Positions 27,137 through 36,446 of a stretch of DNA of 41,926 nucleotides are shown here, piece by piece. The notes under the pieces are model-generated. The model was given only the letters and a program-made list of their open reading frames with translations. It did not search any database and had not been told where the DNA came from. The stretch covers positions 1 to 41,926 of IMG/VR virus record IMGVR_UViG_3300020045_017856; one strand, written 5' to 3'. The translations under genes were made by a program, and so were the position numbers. This stretch comes from a virus (Duplodnaviria > Caudoviricetes). The first letter of the stretch is position 1; each line of letters begins with the position of its first letter.

Positions 27137-27610
27137 ATGAACAAAACAATCCTCTACGGCAACCTCGGGCAAGACCCCGAAATCCGTACCCTCGAAAGTG
27201 GCATACTTGTTGCCCGCTTCACCCTTGCCACCTCCGAAAACTACCAGAAAGACGGCGAGTGGCACACCATCACCGAGTGGCATACCATCACCGCCTGGCG
27301 TGGCCAGGCCGAGAAGGCCGAGAAGCAACTCAAAAAAGGCGATGCGGTATTGATCGAAGGCAAGATCCAATACAAGAAGTATACCGATAGTGAAGGAGTT
27401 GCCAGAATTGCCACCAACATCGTAGTCGATTCATTTACCAAAGCCAAAGGCAGCAGCAAAAGCGCTGCAGCTGAGACCTGGCCTAGTGAAGCCGATGCAC
27501 CACCGGCACGCCAATCACGTATGCCAGAAGGGGCCTTGAATGGAGATGCTACCAGCAATGACGCAGCAGTACCCGCCGCCACTGCTGGCGACGATGACCT
27601 TCCATTCTGA
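27137..27610 (+). CDS. ssb: Single-stranded DNA-binding protein
   Basis: MNKTILYGNLGQDPEIR, TEWHTITAW, VLIEGKI and acidic DDDLPF tail. Confidence 0.95.
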   Translation: MNKTILYGNLGQDPEIRTLESGILVARFTLATSENYQKDGEWHTITEWHTITAWRGQAEKAEKQLKKGDAVLIEGKIQYKKYTDSEGVARIATNIVVDSFTKAKGSSKSAAAETWPSEADAPPARQSRMPEGALNGDATSNDAAVPAATAGDDDLPF

Positions 27611-27855
27611 TGGCCCGGCATCGATACGCGACCAATCAACCCAAGCCTTGCCCGTTCCTGGGCAAGGCTTGCACTATCCTGCGCGGGCCCAATGCGGGCT
27701 GCGTAGGGCAGGTGATCCACTACGACCGCCTGGAGAATGAGTTTACCCTTAAAATCGAACACGGCGAGAATAGGGTAGTGTGGATTTGGGAACCGAGACA
27801 CAACACGGATTTGATCAAAGCTCAAAAGCATATCCGCCATGCCAATCAATTATAG
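27610..27855 (+). CDS. Hypothetical protein (KOW/SH3-like)
   Basis: Overlapping starts and stops with neighbours; ILRGPNAGCVGQV motif. Confidence 0.5.
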   Translation: MARHRYATNQPKPCPFLGKACTILRGPNAGCVGQVIHYDRLENEFTLKIEHGENRVVWIWEPRHNTDLIKAQKHIRHANQL

Positions 27856-28159
27856 CAAATACCCGCCAAACTGGAAAAGTGTAATCCGCCCGCGTATCCT
27901 GGCTCGCGCTGAAAACTGCTGCGAGGTATGCGGCGTGCCTAACCAAACCGAACACCCCGATACTGGAGCACTGGTGATCCTCACCATTGCGCACCTGGAT
28001 CGGGATCCCGAAAACTGGGCAGTAACCGACGACCGGCTGCAAGCCATGTGCCAACGCTGCCACCTGAATTACGATAGAAGCGACAACAACTACCGGAGAA
28101 AATACGGCAAGAATGCTGGAGAGATGCAAATGGTTTTATTCGAGAAAAACGAAAGCTGA
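27839..28159 (+). CDS. Zn-binding HNH endonuclease-like protein
   Basis: CEVCG...LTIAHLDRDPEN...LQAMCQRCHLNYD. Confidence 0.8.
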   Translation: MPINYSKYPPNWKSVIRPRILARAENCCEVCGVPNQTEHPDTGALVILTIAHLDRDPENWAVTDDRLQAMCQRCHLNYDRSDNNYRRKYGKNAGEMQMVLFEKNES

Positions 28160-28878
28160 TGAATGTAGCAACAAAGCTGCGCTATGTGGAGCAGCCCAGG
28201 GGGATTTTCCAAATAGAGAGAATAGTTGTGCGGATAGATGCTCACGTTGGCACACGTCGCCGCCAAATCTGGATTGATTCGGAACGGGAATTGCTTCGAG
28301 AGCTGTGGCCAACTACACCACTGCGCGAAGTGATGGAGCGATTGGGTAGGTCCAAATGCTCAATCTATGGGGAGGTACACAAGCTGGGATTGAAGCGGCC
28401 ACTTGAGTTCCTGAAAAAAGAATTCGGTGCCAAGCTGCGCGAGGTAGGTGCCAAGCACCGCTTCACTAAAGGCCAGCAATCCTGGAACAAAGGAACCAAG
28501 GGCGTATGCAAGGGGAGTAGCACTTCCTTCAAAAAAGGAACTATACCCCCAAATACATTATACGATGGAGCTATCTCCATTCGCCGCGATAGCAAGGGAA
28601 TTCCTTACCGGCACATCCGTTTGGCGCAGGGCAAATGGGACCTTTTGCACCGGCACATTTGGGAACAAGCCAACGGGCCGGTACCCGAAGGGCATGTGGT
28701 TAAGTTCAAAGACGGCAATCAGGAAAACTGCGCCCTGGAGAACTTGTACCTCTGTACCCGCCAGGAGCACATGCAGCACAACACGATTCACAACTACCCG
28801 CCAGAGCTGAAGCAAACGATACGCACATTGGGTAAACTCAAAAAAACAATCAGACATGCCTCGGAACAAAATAACTGA
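28159..28878 (+). CDS. HNH endonuclease domain protein
   Basis: FTKGQQSWNKG and FKKGTIPPN repeats; HRHIWEQANGPVPEGHVVKFKDGNQENCALENL. Confidence 0.85.
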   Translation: MNVATKLRYVEQPRGIFQIERIVVRIDAHVGTRRRQIWIDSERELLRELWPTTPLREVMERLGRSKCSIYGEVHKLGLKRPLEFLKKEFGAKLREVGAKHRFTKGQQSWNKGTKGVCKGSSTSFKKGTIPPNTLYDGAISIRRDSKGIPYRHIRLAQGKWDLLHRHIWEQANGPVPEGHVVKFKDGNQENCALENLYLCTRQEHMQHNTIHNYPPELKQTIRTLGKLKKTIRHASEQNN

Positions 28879-29155
28879 CTTGAGGAACCACCTCTTTGAA
28901 GCCATTGAAAGCCTGCTGGATCCAGAGAGCAACATGGATGTAGAGAAAGCGCAAACGGTTGCCAACCTTGCCCAGGTGATTGTGAACTCTGCCAAGGTGG
29001 AGCTCCAGTTCGCCAAGATGGTAGGGGGCAGCGGTACTGGATTTATCCCACTTGAGGAGGGTAAGGAGCTAGAAGAAGGGAAACCTGAAAAGAGAAACGA
29101 CGCTGCCCCAAAAAGTAGCAAAGAGCCATTACCCTTATTCGGAACACCAGCATGA
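28856..29155 (+). CDS. Conserved phage hypothetical protein
   Basis: NKITDLRNHLFEAIE...KAQTVANLAQVIVNSAKVE, a family often adjacent to this HNH type. Confidence 0.7.
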   Translation: MPRNKITDLRNHLFEAIESLLDPESNMDVEKAQTVANLAQVIVNSAKVELQFAKMVGGSGTGFIPLEEGKELEEGKPEKRNDAAPKSSKEPLPLFGTPA

Positions 29156-29589
29156 TACTTAGCTACACCTTCCCACAATTCGAGCAAAAGATTCTCGATG
29201 GGGAAAAGATCCACACTTTCCGACTCGATCCGCACTGCCGCTGGCGCACTGGGCTATCCATTCAGCATTGGATGGGTAGCCCGCGCAACCCGAAGAGCAA
29301 CCCCCGCCAGTTCCTGGTGAATGAATGCACTGGGGTGCAGACTGCTGTTATTGTTCGGGTGCAAGGCAAAAGCATCTTACGATACAGCAATGCGCGATGT
29401 GGACCCTATACCTGTACAGTAGAAGAACTGCTCATCCTCATCAACGGCAGAGAATACATCGACGAAGAGACCATGCCGATCATAGATGCGGATGGACTGA
29501 CGCAAGCTGAGTTTTACGATTTCTTTGTCCCCAAGCCAAAGATGTGGTGGCAAGGCCGCATTATTCACTGGACACCAAACTTATACTAA
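29152..29589 (+). CDS. ASCH/PUA-like domain protein
   Basis: FEQKILDGEKIHTFR...DGL...F..FF...GRIIHW pattern. Confidence 0.6.
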   Translation: MILSYTFPQFEQKILDGEKIHTFRLDPHCRWRTGLSIQHWMGSPRNPKSNPRQFLVNECTGVQTAVIVRVQGKSILRYSNARCGPYTCTVEELLILINGREYIDEETMPIIDADGLTQAEFYDFFVPKPKMWWQGRIIHWTPNLY

Positions 29590-29590
29590 C

Positions 29591-29920
29591 ATGGCACTAT
29601 CAATCTTACCAGCTCCACGCGATTTGGCGGTGATCATTGCAGTGGCAGCCTTCATGGGGCCACTATTTTACATTGTCTATAAAAACATTCAGCCAGAGAA
29701 TGAAGAGCACTGCGAGTACGAAGTCATCTACTTGCATACCTCTGGGCGCACACTGACCAAAGATGTGTATTGCCCGTGCTCCGGATTCTATCACTGGAGT
29801 ACGGAGATAAGGGACGGGGGCTACGTATCCCGCATTCCATTCTCGAAAGGAGCATACACCGAGGAGATCATTGGGGCAACGGATATTTTTTCGGTACGAA
29901 AGAAAACACCGAATCAATGA
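29591..29920 (+). CDS. Membrane-anchored hypothetical protein
   Basis: ATG at 29591; N-terminal hydrophobic helix. Confidence 0.55.
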   Translation: MALSILPAPRDLAVIIAVAAFMGPLFYIVYKNIQPENEEHCEYEVIYLHTSGRTLTKDVYCPCSGFYHWSTEIRDGGYVSRIPFSKGAYTEEIIGATDIFSVRKKTPNQ

Positions 29921-30249
29921 GCACACTCACCACCCAAATCCACAAAGCACTCACCACTGGAGCTTCTACCAAGAAGCTCCAGCAGTTGTTGGCAAAACTG
30001 AATGCTGAATTGATTCAGTTTAATGCCTATCGTGTAGCACTTAACTTGGCGATTGAGCAAGGGCAGTGCTACAAAATAGGGGATACGGTAAAAGTATACG
30101 GCGGCGGGCTACTTACCGAAAACGAATACCTCATCGGAACTTTTACTATTCATGACATGCAGGTGACCGATCAGGGACAGATACGATTGACATTTGCGCA
30201 GGATGGCATACCAGTTAAAGTCGGGTACGCTTATTATGAAAAAGCCTAA
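29917..30249 (+). CDS. Hypothetical protein
   Basis: ATGA overlap at 29917. Confidence 0.6.
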   Translation: MSTLTTQIHKALTTGASTKKLQQLLAKLNAELIQFNAYRVALNLAIEQGQCYKIGDTVKVYGGGLLTENEYLIGTFTIHDMQVTDQGQIRLTFAQDGIPVKVGYAYYEKA

Positions 30250-30260
30250 ACAAAACAACA

Positions 30261-30512
30261 ATGTCTAAAAACATATTTTCCATCGAAACCCAATACCAGC
30301 TCTACCTCAAGCGCATCCAGCTCAAGGAAGAGGACATGCACGAGCAGCAGCGCATCCAGCTGCGCCAAACCTTCTACGGTGCCTGCGGCCAAATGATGCT
30401 ACTGCTGCGCGATGACCTGGCTCGCCTGGAGGAAATGCACGGCGTGATGGTGCTCCAGGATATGATGGACCAGGTGCAAACTTATTTTTTGAACTCAATA
30501 AGTCAGAACTGA
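30261..30512 (+). CDS. Hypothetical protein
   Basis: 83-aa ORF; QLRQTFYGACG motif seen in small phage proteins. Confidence 0.6.
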   Translation: MSKNIFSIETQYQLYLKRIQLKEEDMHEQQRIQLRQTFYGACGQMMLLLRDDLARLEEMHGVMVLQDMMDQVQTYFLNSISQN

Positions 30513-30531
30513 TGAATACCAACTACACCGT

Positions 30532-31506
30532 ATGAAAATCAGACTAACACAAATAGATGGGAAACTACCAAACCTTGCGCTGATGAAGTTGTCTCACTTC
30601 TATCGCTCGCAGGGGCATAACGTCTATTTTGAGCATTCGGTGACACGGGGGGTGTTCGAGCCTGATTATGATCTTGTTTTTGGTAGTGCGATTTTCAGTA
30701 CATCGGGAAAGAAATTACAACTCTTTCTAGCACATTTTCCTGAAGCAAAAATAGGAGGGACTGGAAGCGGTAAAAAGTGGACGGTTGAAGATTTTACGGG
30801 CGATTATCCAGACTTATACGACTATTCTATTTACCCAGAGTTTCGTCACTCAATTGGATTTTCCCAACGCGGATGCCGCCTTCGCTGCAAGTTCTGTGTT
30901 GTCCCCGAAAAGGAAGGGAAAAACCGTAGCATAAACGGAATCGGTGCAATTTGGAGGGGCGAAGGCTACCCAAAAAACCTCCTATTATTGGATAATGACT
31001 TTTTTGGACAACCTGAATGGAGAGAGAAGTCTGAAGAAATAATCTCAGGCGGGTTTAAAATTTGCTTTTCACAAGGTATAAATATCCGGCTTTTTGATCA
31101 GGAAGCCGCTGGGGTTTTGGCTAGAATGAACTACTATGACGATCAGTTTAATGCTAGGCGGATATACACAGCTTGGGACAACTTGCGCGACGCTGAAATC
31201 TTTTTCCGTGGCATAGGATACCTAACAGATGCTGGAGTCAAGCCAGATCAAATTATGGTTTATTTCCTTTGCAATTACTGGCAAAAAGGTCTAACGAATG
31301 ACGTTTGGGAACGATTTGAGCGTATGCGCGAAATCGGCCTACGTCCTTACCCAATGGTTTATGATATTCAGAATTCTGACGCTGAAATCAAGGCATTCCA
31401 AACGTGGGTGATTCGGAGGGGATATATGAAATTCCCATTTTCAACCCATTACAGAAAGGAGAAACCGCAGCTAACCAAGATGCTTGATTTGTTTTCGTTG
31501 CAGTGA
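30532..31506 (+). CDS. Radical SAM protein
   Basis: CxxxCxxC motif GCRLRCKFCVVPEKEG; PNLALMKLS N-terminus; LLDNDF. Confidence 0.88.
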   Translation: MKIRLTQIDGKLPNLALMKLSHFYRSQGHNVYFEHSVTRGVFEPDYDLVFGSAIFSTSGKKLQLFLAHFPEAKIGGTGSGKKWTVEDFTGDYPDLYDYSIYPEFRHSIGFSQRGCRLRCKFCVVPEKEGKNRSINGIGAIWRGEGYPKNLLLLDNDFFGQPEWREKSEEIISGGFKICFSQGINIRLFDQEAAGVLARMNYYDDQFNARRIYTAWDNLRDAEIFFRGIGYLTDAGVKPDQIMVYFLCNYWQKGLTNDVWERFERMREIGLRPYPMVYDIQNSDAEIKAFQTWVIRRGYMKFPFSTHYRKEKPQLTKMLDLFSLQ

Positions 31507-31537
31507 ATTCAAAAGAACACTTGCACATACTACATAG

Positions 31538-31573
31538 GCCGCTGCATACACCCGTTGTGCAGCGGCTTTTTTT
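31538..31573 (+). terminator. Rho-independent terminator ending the early operon
   Basis: GCCGCTGCATA...TGTGCAGCGGC followed by T-run. Confidence 0.75.
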
Positions 31574-31574
31574 A

Positions 31575-31610
31575 TGTCCTTTCCCCACCTCCTTACCTGC
31601 TCTACATTTG
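31575..31610 (+). promoter_or_regulatory. Putative phage late promoter (TGTCCTT...TACATTTG)
   Basis: 35-bp spacing; upstream of lysis genes. Confidence 0.6.
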
Positions 31611-31632
31611 TATCAAAATCAATCAACTCCGT

Positions 31633-32214
31633 ATGAGCAAGTACCTAATTATTCCACCGCAGCGCCCCAACCTCAGTCGGGAACAAGTCCTCCAGCTTTT
31701 TCCCGCTCCGCCTGATTTTGGTAAGTATCCGCTGTATTGGGGTGGCTTGCGCGGCTATTACAAAAAATCCTTTGGTGATGTAAACAAGAACGATGTAGGC
31801 CTATACGATGACGCTATATTCCTACTGAGTGCTGAGCATTTCAGCACTTACAACGGCAACACGGATCCGGCACGAGTACTGCGCGGATCCTCCTCTAAAA
31901 AAGGTACGGCCACTCTGGTGCCAGACTTGTACTACGCGCACACCTTGGGCTTGCACAAAAACAGCTACACAGCCCTGAGCCAAACACACGGCACCGTAAA
32001 AGTGTACCGGCACAAAGCCGATGGCACCCGCTGGGTAGACACCGGCTACTTCGGCATCAATGGCCACTGTGGTGGCCGCAGCAGCACCAACAGCGAAGGC
32101 TGCCAAACGGTAGTGCCTATTCAATATCCCGAATTCATGTACCAGGTGGTGCAGCACGTTGGCCAGTACGGCTACAACGGCAAGGTGGTGCCGTACCTCC
32201 TGGTCGAATATTGA
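31633..32214 (+). CDS. Putative endolysin
   Basis: GLRGYY...YDDAIF...NTDP...GINGHCGG...SEGCQ (His/Cys motif reminiscent of YkuD-like enzymes); directly before holin-like gene. Confidence 0.6.
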   Translation: MSKYLIIPPQRPNLSREQVLQLFPAPPDFGKYPLYWGGLRGYYKKSFGDVNKNDVGLYDDAIFLLSAEHFSTYNGNTDPARVLRGSSSKKGTATLVPDLYYAHTLGLHKNSYTALSQTHGTVKVYRHKADGTRWVDTGYFGINGHCGGRSSTNSEGCQTVVPIQYPEFMYQVVQHVGQYGYNGKVVPYLLVEY

Positions 32215-32249
32215 TATTTTCAGCCTCCCCCCCATGAACACTCGATACT

Positions 32250-32615
32250 ATGCAAGAAAACATCATTCACGAAATCGTCGTGGCCTCGGGCATGGACCCG
32301 CGCGGCATGGTGATCGGCCTGGTGGGTGCCATGATCAGCTGCCTCTATCGGGGTAGCATCAGCTGGCGTGCCGCCTTGGTTATTTTATTTAGCGGTGGGG
32401 CATTGGGTGGATTTGCTGGTCCATTTCTGGGGCAGCAGTTCGGACTCAGTATCGAAGCTGCAAACCTTTCTTGCCTGGTGATCGGCTTTGTGAGCAAGGA
32501 CATTTTCACGCAAATACAATCCGGAGCGCCCAGCCTGATTAAAGCGGGACTCAACCGGGTGAGCAAAAAAATTGACAATGATGGGCAATCTGAATCTGGA
32601 ACTGATGATCAATAA
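32250..32615 (+). CDS. Putative holin
   Basis: 121 aa, about three hydrophobic segments, charged C-terminus, next to lysin. Confidence 0.65.
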   Translation: MQENIIHEIVVASGMDPRGMVIGLVGAMISCLYRGSISWRAALVILFSGGALGGFAGPFLGQQFGLSIEAANLSCLVIGFVSKDIFTQIQSGAPSLIKAGLNRVSKKIDNDGQSESGTDDQ

Positions 32616-33285
32616 CCTTTCTGCCATCGTGGGCCTGGCCATTTGTGCCGCCGTAATATACATGGCGTTTAGCATCCTGGACAACGAGCGCATTATGCGC
32701 CGACACCCGTACTTCCGCAATCCATTCCTTCGCGGCCTATTGGGCGCAATGATGCTGGCACAGCTGGCCGAAATCCTTTTTCCTGAATATGCCAACCTCT
32801 GCGCCTTGCTGTTTGACACAGCGCTGCTCCTGGGCCTGGTATGTTTTGGGTGGCTCTATTCCCGGCATGTGGTCAAAGTAGGGGTGGGGTATAGCGCGCA
32901 GGATGCACCCATCATCACGGAGGTGGTGTACGTCAACGTGCCCACCGATCACTACGTGGGCGTTGCCCCTGGGGTGTTTTACCGGGTGCTCACCAGCGCC
33001 GCCGATCTGCAACACGATGTGGAGCGCTACTACGCAGATGCAATACAGTTGCAAGACTTTGGCCGTAGCGTGATCATTTTTATGCAGTTTACCAGCGCTG
33101 CATCCTTTCAGCCACATTACCAATTGGGTGAAAAAACCTTCACGGTATTGCAAGGATCGTTCCGGCTGCAGCCAGGGCAAGACCCCGTCAACGAGGGCGA
33201 TGTAGTAACCATTCCCGCCCGGACCATTCACAGCATCGAAGGGGTAGAGGGAGGATCGGCGTTGCTGGCTATGCCAAGGAAATAG
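32581..33285 (+). CDS. Membrane protein with C-terminal cupin domain
   Basis: Three N-terminal hydrophobic helices; PHYQLGEKTFTVLQG and GDVVTIPARTIHSI cupin motifs; start uncertain (32572-32605). Confidence 0.7.
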   Translation: MGNLNLELMINNLSAIVGLAICAAVIYMAFSILDNERIMRRHPYFRNPFLRGLLGAMMLAQLAEILFPEYANLCALLFDTALLLGLVCFGWLYSRHVVKVGVGYSAQDAPIITEVVYVNVPTDHYVGVAPGVFYRVLTSAADLQHDVERYYADAIQLQDFGRSVIIFMQFTSAASFQPHYQLGEKTFTVLQGSFRLQPGQDPVNEGDVVTIPARTIHSIEGVEGGSALLAMPRK

Positions 33286-33341
33286 GGGGATCTTCACGAC
33301 ATCGATGTCGTTAACATGCAATCTTAAAAAGCAATAATACC

Positions 33342-33707
33342 ATGCCAATTAACGTAAAAAAAGCCGCAGCCATTGGGGTAAAAGAAACCCTGGAGGTATT
33401 CGATTTTGCGGATGCAGTAATCGATGCTGTACGCATCAGCAAAGCCAACGATGGAAAAGTTGACTGGCGCGATGCCGGCAACTTCTTCACGCCTGGCTTC
33501 AAACTCATGACCGCCATCACCGGCATCGAGAAGGTGGACGATGAGCTGGTGGATCTGGATGCGCAAGAGATTGCCATCCTCGAATCGCGCATCACCAAGT
33601 ATGCCAACAATCCGCGCTATGCCGTAGCTACTGGACACTTATTGGCTTTCGCCAACGAGATCGCGGCGATCGTGAAAGAAGACAAAGCGGACAAAGCCCT
33701 CGCGTAA
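33342..33707 (+). CDS. Hypothetical protein in lysis region
   Basis: 121-aa ORF followed by terminator. Confidence 0.65.
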   Translation: MPINVKKAAAIGVKETLEVFDFADAVIDAVRISKANDGKVDWRDAGNFFTPGFKLMTAITGIEKVDDELVDLDAQEIAILESRITKYANNPRYAVATGHLLAFANEIAAIVKEDKADKALA

Positions 33708-33715
33708 CACTGGAA

Positions 33716-33751
33716 TGGTAGGGTAGCAGGGGCGCACCCTACTATTTTTTT
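33716..33751 (+). terminator. Rho-independent terminator
   Basis: GTAGGGT...ACCCTAC followed by T-run. Confidence 0.6.
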
Positions 33752-33826
33752 AACCAACATTTGTTTTATTAGAAAAAAAGCTGTTATTTCGATGCAGCAA
33801 AACAGGGTTAGAACACTTAATAAAAT

Positions 33827-34357
33827 ATGTCTACAAAGAACACCGCAGCCAGCATTGTGCTGGTCGGGTCTATTCCTGTTCGCCCCACCATGTTAGCCTA
33901 CCTGTGTTTCAAGGAAGGCATTCAACCCAACGACATCATCGACTTGCGCGGCAGCGGCCACATCAAAGGCTACCTGAAAGATTTGCTCTGCAACAAAAGC
34001 GAGCTACTCAGCAGCCGCATGAAGTCACGGGAATTTGTGCTCACCTACTCCACGTACCTCAAAATTGCGGTGTCCATCCGGATGGAACATTTTTACCGCT
34101 TCTTCATCTCCAGGGATGGGATAGTGGTATTCGATCGGTTCTTGTACAGCCTAATGATCAACGACCTGAACATGGCCATTCTCATTGGCGTCAGTGCCGG
34201 GAAAACCGAAAAGCAGGTCATCGAAGAATTTCTGCGCATGCTGGGCATCGAGGAGCAAATAGAACACGAATCCCTGAAGCGGGCATGTACCCGTTACCGG
34301 GCACGACAAAACCAAAAAAATCTGCACGAAATCAAAAAAAACCTGAAAGGACAGTGA
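33827..34357 (+). CDS. Conserved phage hypothetical protein, possibly regulatory
   Basis: 176 aa, basic; own AT-rich upstream region; C-terminal helical ESLKRACTRYR. Confidence 0.6.
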   Translation: MSTKNTAASIVLVGSIPVRPTMLAYLCFKEGIQPNDIIDLRGSGHIKGYLKDLLCNKSELLSSRMKSREFVLTYSTYLKIAVSIRMEHFYRFFISRDGIVVFDRFLYSLMINDLNMAILIGVSAGKTEKQVIEEFLRMLGIEEQIEHESLKRACTRYRARQNQKNLHEIKKNLKGQ

Positions 34358-34434
34358 CATTTTGTGTCACCAACCTGGAAGCATTGAATTCATTGGGCTA
34401 ACGCCCGTTTTCCTAAAAAAACAATTGTCCTAAT

Positions 34435-34923
34435 ATGCTGACTGAAATAGCCTCCTACTGCAACCTGAACCTGGGTGGAATTGCCCTGGTGGAATATGCC
34501 CCACTGCCCTGGATCAACACGGCGGAGTTTCCGGATTATGTGAACCAGGTGGGCAACATTGATCAGGACATTACCTTCAGCTCGGGCGATTGGTTGCGCT
34601 GCCCATTCCTGACCAAATCCCTGAACTGGAATGAACCCTTTGAGCCAAGTGCCAACGGCGGTTTTTATAATGCCCAGCTGGGAGGCACCACCCCTCACCT
34701 GCGCCCGGAGGTGAACATGCAACTGGATCGCATGAAAAACTACAGCTACATCCTGCGGCTGAAGGACCGCAATGGGAAGTACTGGATCATCGGTAATCCT
34801 TTTTATCCCCTGCGCTTCGAGCATACCTTAGCCTCCGGAAACAGCGACGGCCTTTCTGCCTATACCCTCAGGTGGCAAGGTGCGCAGAAAAAAGCCAGTG
34901 CAGGATTCCTGTTACCGGCCTAA
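34435..34923 (+). CDS. Tail-tube-like fold protein (possible paralogue of 38328-38873)
   Basis: NLGGI N-terminus and LRLKDRNGKYWIIGNPFYPL motif. Confidence 0.5.
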   Translation: MLTEIASYCNLNLGGIALVEYAPLPWINTAEFPDYVNQVGNIDQDITFSSGDWLRCPFLTKSLNWNEPFEPSANGGFYNAQLGGTTPHLRPEVNMQLDRMKNYSYILRLKDRNGKYWIIGNPFYPLRFEHTLASGNSDGLSAYTLRWQGAQKKASAGFLLPA

Positions 34924-34955
34924 ATTGAAAATTTTGTAAGTAGACATATGCAGGA

Positions 34956-34990
34956 GCAACCCCTGTAACGATAGGGGTTGCATACTTTTT
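34956..34990 (+). terminator. Rho-independent terminator
   Basis: GCAACCCCT...AGGGGTTGC followed by ATACTTTTT. Confidence 0.6.
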
Positions 34991-35165
34991 GGATCGATTG
35001 AGCATTGTTTTTTTCATACACGATATGGGTTTAGGTGTTCTTAATGGTGCAGTACCTGGTGCTGCACCACCATTTCGGACTAGCATGACCGCCACATACG
35101 ATACTGGCTACTATCTCTAGCTGGGTATTTTTCATTTTGTGTTTCTCCCAAGTAAACAGCTTTGC

Positions 35166-35200
35166 AGCCCCTGCACCGTGATGGTGCAGGGGCTTTTTTT
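35166..35200 (+). terminator. Rho-independent terminator
   Basis: AGCCCCTGCACC...GGTGCAGGGGCT followed by T-run. Confidence 0.75.
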
Positions 35201-35201
35201 A

Positions 35202-35236
35202 TGTCCTTGGCTCCGGTAGGGGATGGCTTGATCTTG
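35202..35236 (+). promoter_or_regulatory. Putative phage late promoter (TGTCCTT...TGATCTTG)
   Basis: 34-bp spacing; upstream of head operon. Confidence 0.55.
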
Positions 35237-35250
35237 CAGAAAAAACACAC

Positions 35251-36411
35251 ATGAGCTACTTCCGCGTAGTAGTTGGCTCGACCAACGAAGCAGCCGAACT
35301 CTACCTTTACGGCATCATTGGCCAGGAAAAATACTGGCTTGAAGAAGACGAGGAAGCCCTCACTGATCTGGCCGTAGTACGCGCCATCCGCAGCCTGGAA
35401 GAATCTCACCGCCGCATCAATATCCGCATCAATTCGCCTGGTGGCATGCTGTATCATGGCGACGCCATCATCAGCGCCATAATGAACAGCCGCGCCGAAA
35501 TACACACCTACAACGACGGTATCGCGGCCTCGATGGCTGCCGACATTTGGCTTTGTGCGCCCAATCGGCACATGCCAATGCACGCCAAAACCATGCTGCA
35601 CAATACCAGTACCATCGTGTACGGCAATGCCAAGCAGCTGCGCAGGGAAGCCGATTTGCTGGAAAAAATGGATGGCATCAGCATAGCCATGTTGGGCAAG
35701 TGTACGGGCATGACCGAGGATGAAATCCGCACCAAATTTTACAACTACGAAGACAATTGGCTGACGGCTAAGGAGTGCGAAGAGCTAGGCCTGATCCCTC
35801 AGATCGAAGATTATAGCAGCAACGCCGCCATGCCGGAAGCCCCGGAGCGGATGAGCGCCACTGCCTTATTGCGCTTTTACGGGCAGGCCTCGACCGATGC
35901 CGACCCTGCGCACAATTCACCCGCAGTCCATCCCAATGGCCAGCGGGGTACGAGCCTTCTGGAAAGAATGCGCCGCACCTTATTCGGCTCGACCGAGCCA
36001 AACGAATCCAAGCCGGATGAGCCGGAATTCACACAATCACAATCAAATGAAATGACCTCGATAGAAGAGTTGCGCCGGGCGCTGGAAGATTCCAGTATCA
36101 CCGAAGACCAACTGATCGACCTGGTGCGCGAACGCGGGTATAATGCCGAGCGCCGCGCTGAGCCAGAAACAGTACCACCCGTCGCCGCCGCCGCCGATCC
36201 TGCGCCTGATCCGCGCATTGCCGAAATGGAGCGCAAGCTCGACGACATGATGGCCATGCTGCGCCAACAAGGCAAAGTACCTGGGGCTAAGCCTGCAGCA
36301 GTAGCTGCCGATGGCGACGTATCGGACGAAGCTGGTAACGCGCTGGAGGCTTACAACCGCCAGATGGCTGCTGCTGCGCAAAACGGCGATGCAGTGCGGG
36401 TAACGAAGTAA
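35251..36411 (+). CDS. ClpP-family head maturation protease with scaffold-like C-terminus
   Basis: RINSPGG, GIAASMA (catalytic Ser), MLHN, WLTAKECEELGL; acidic coiled-coil tail; precedes capsid. Confidence 0.9.
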   Translation: MSYFRVVVGSTNEAAELYLYGIIGQEKYWLEEDEEALTDLAVVRAIRSLEESHRRINIRINSPGGMLYHGDAIISAIMNSRAEIHTYNDGIAASMAADIWLCAPNRHMPMHAKTMLHNTSTIVYGNAKQLRREADLLEKMDGISIAMLGKCTGMTEDEIRTKFYNYEDNWLTAKECEELGLIPQIEDYSSNAAMPEAPERMSATALLRFYGQASTDADPAHNSPAVHPNGQRGTSLLERMRRTLFGSTEPNESKPDEPEFTQSQSNEMTSIEELRRALEDSSITEDQLIDLVRERGYNAERRAEPETVPPVAAAADPAPDPRIAEMERKLDDMMAMLRQQGKVPGAKPAAVAADGDVSDEAGNALEAYNRQMAAAAQNGDAVRVTK

Positions 36412-36446
36412 TCCCATTTTCTGAACAACCATTATGAATTTTTGAC

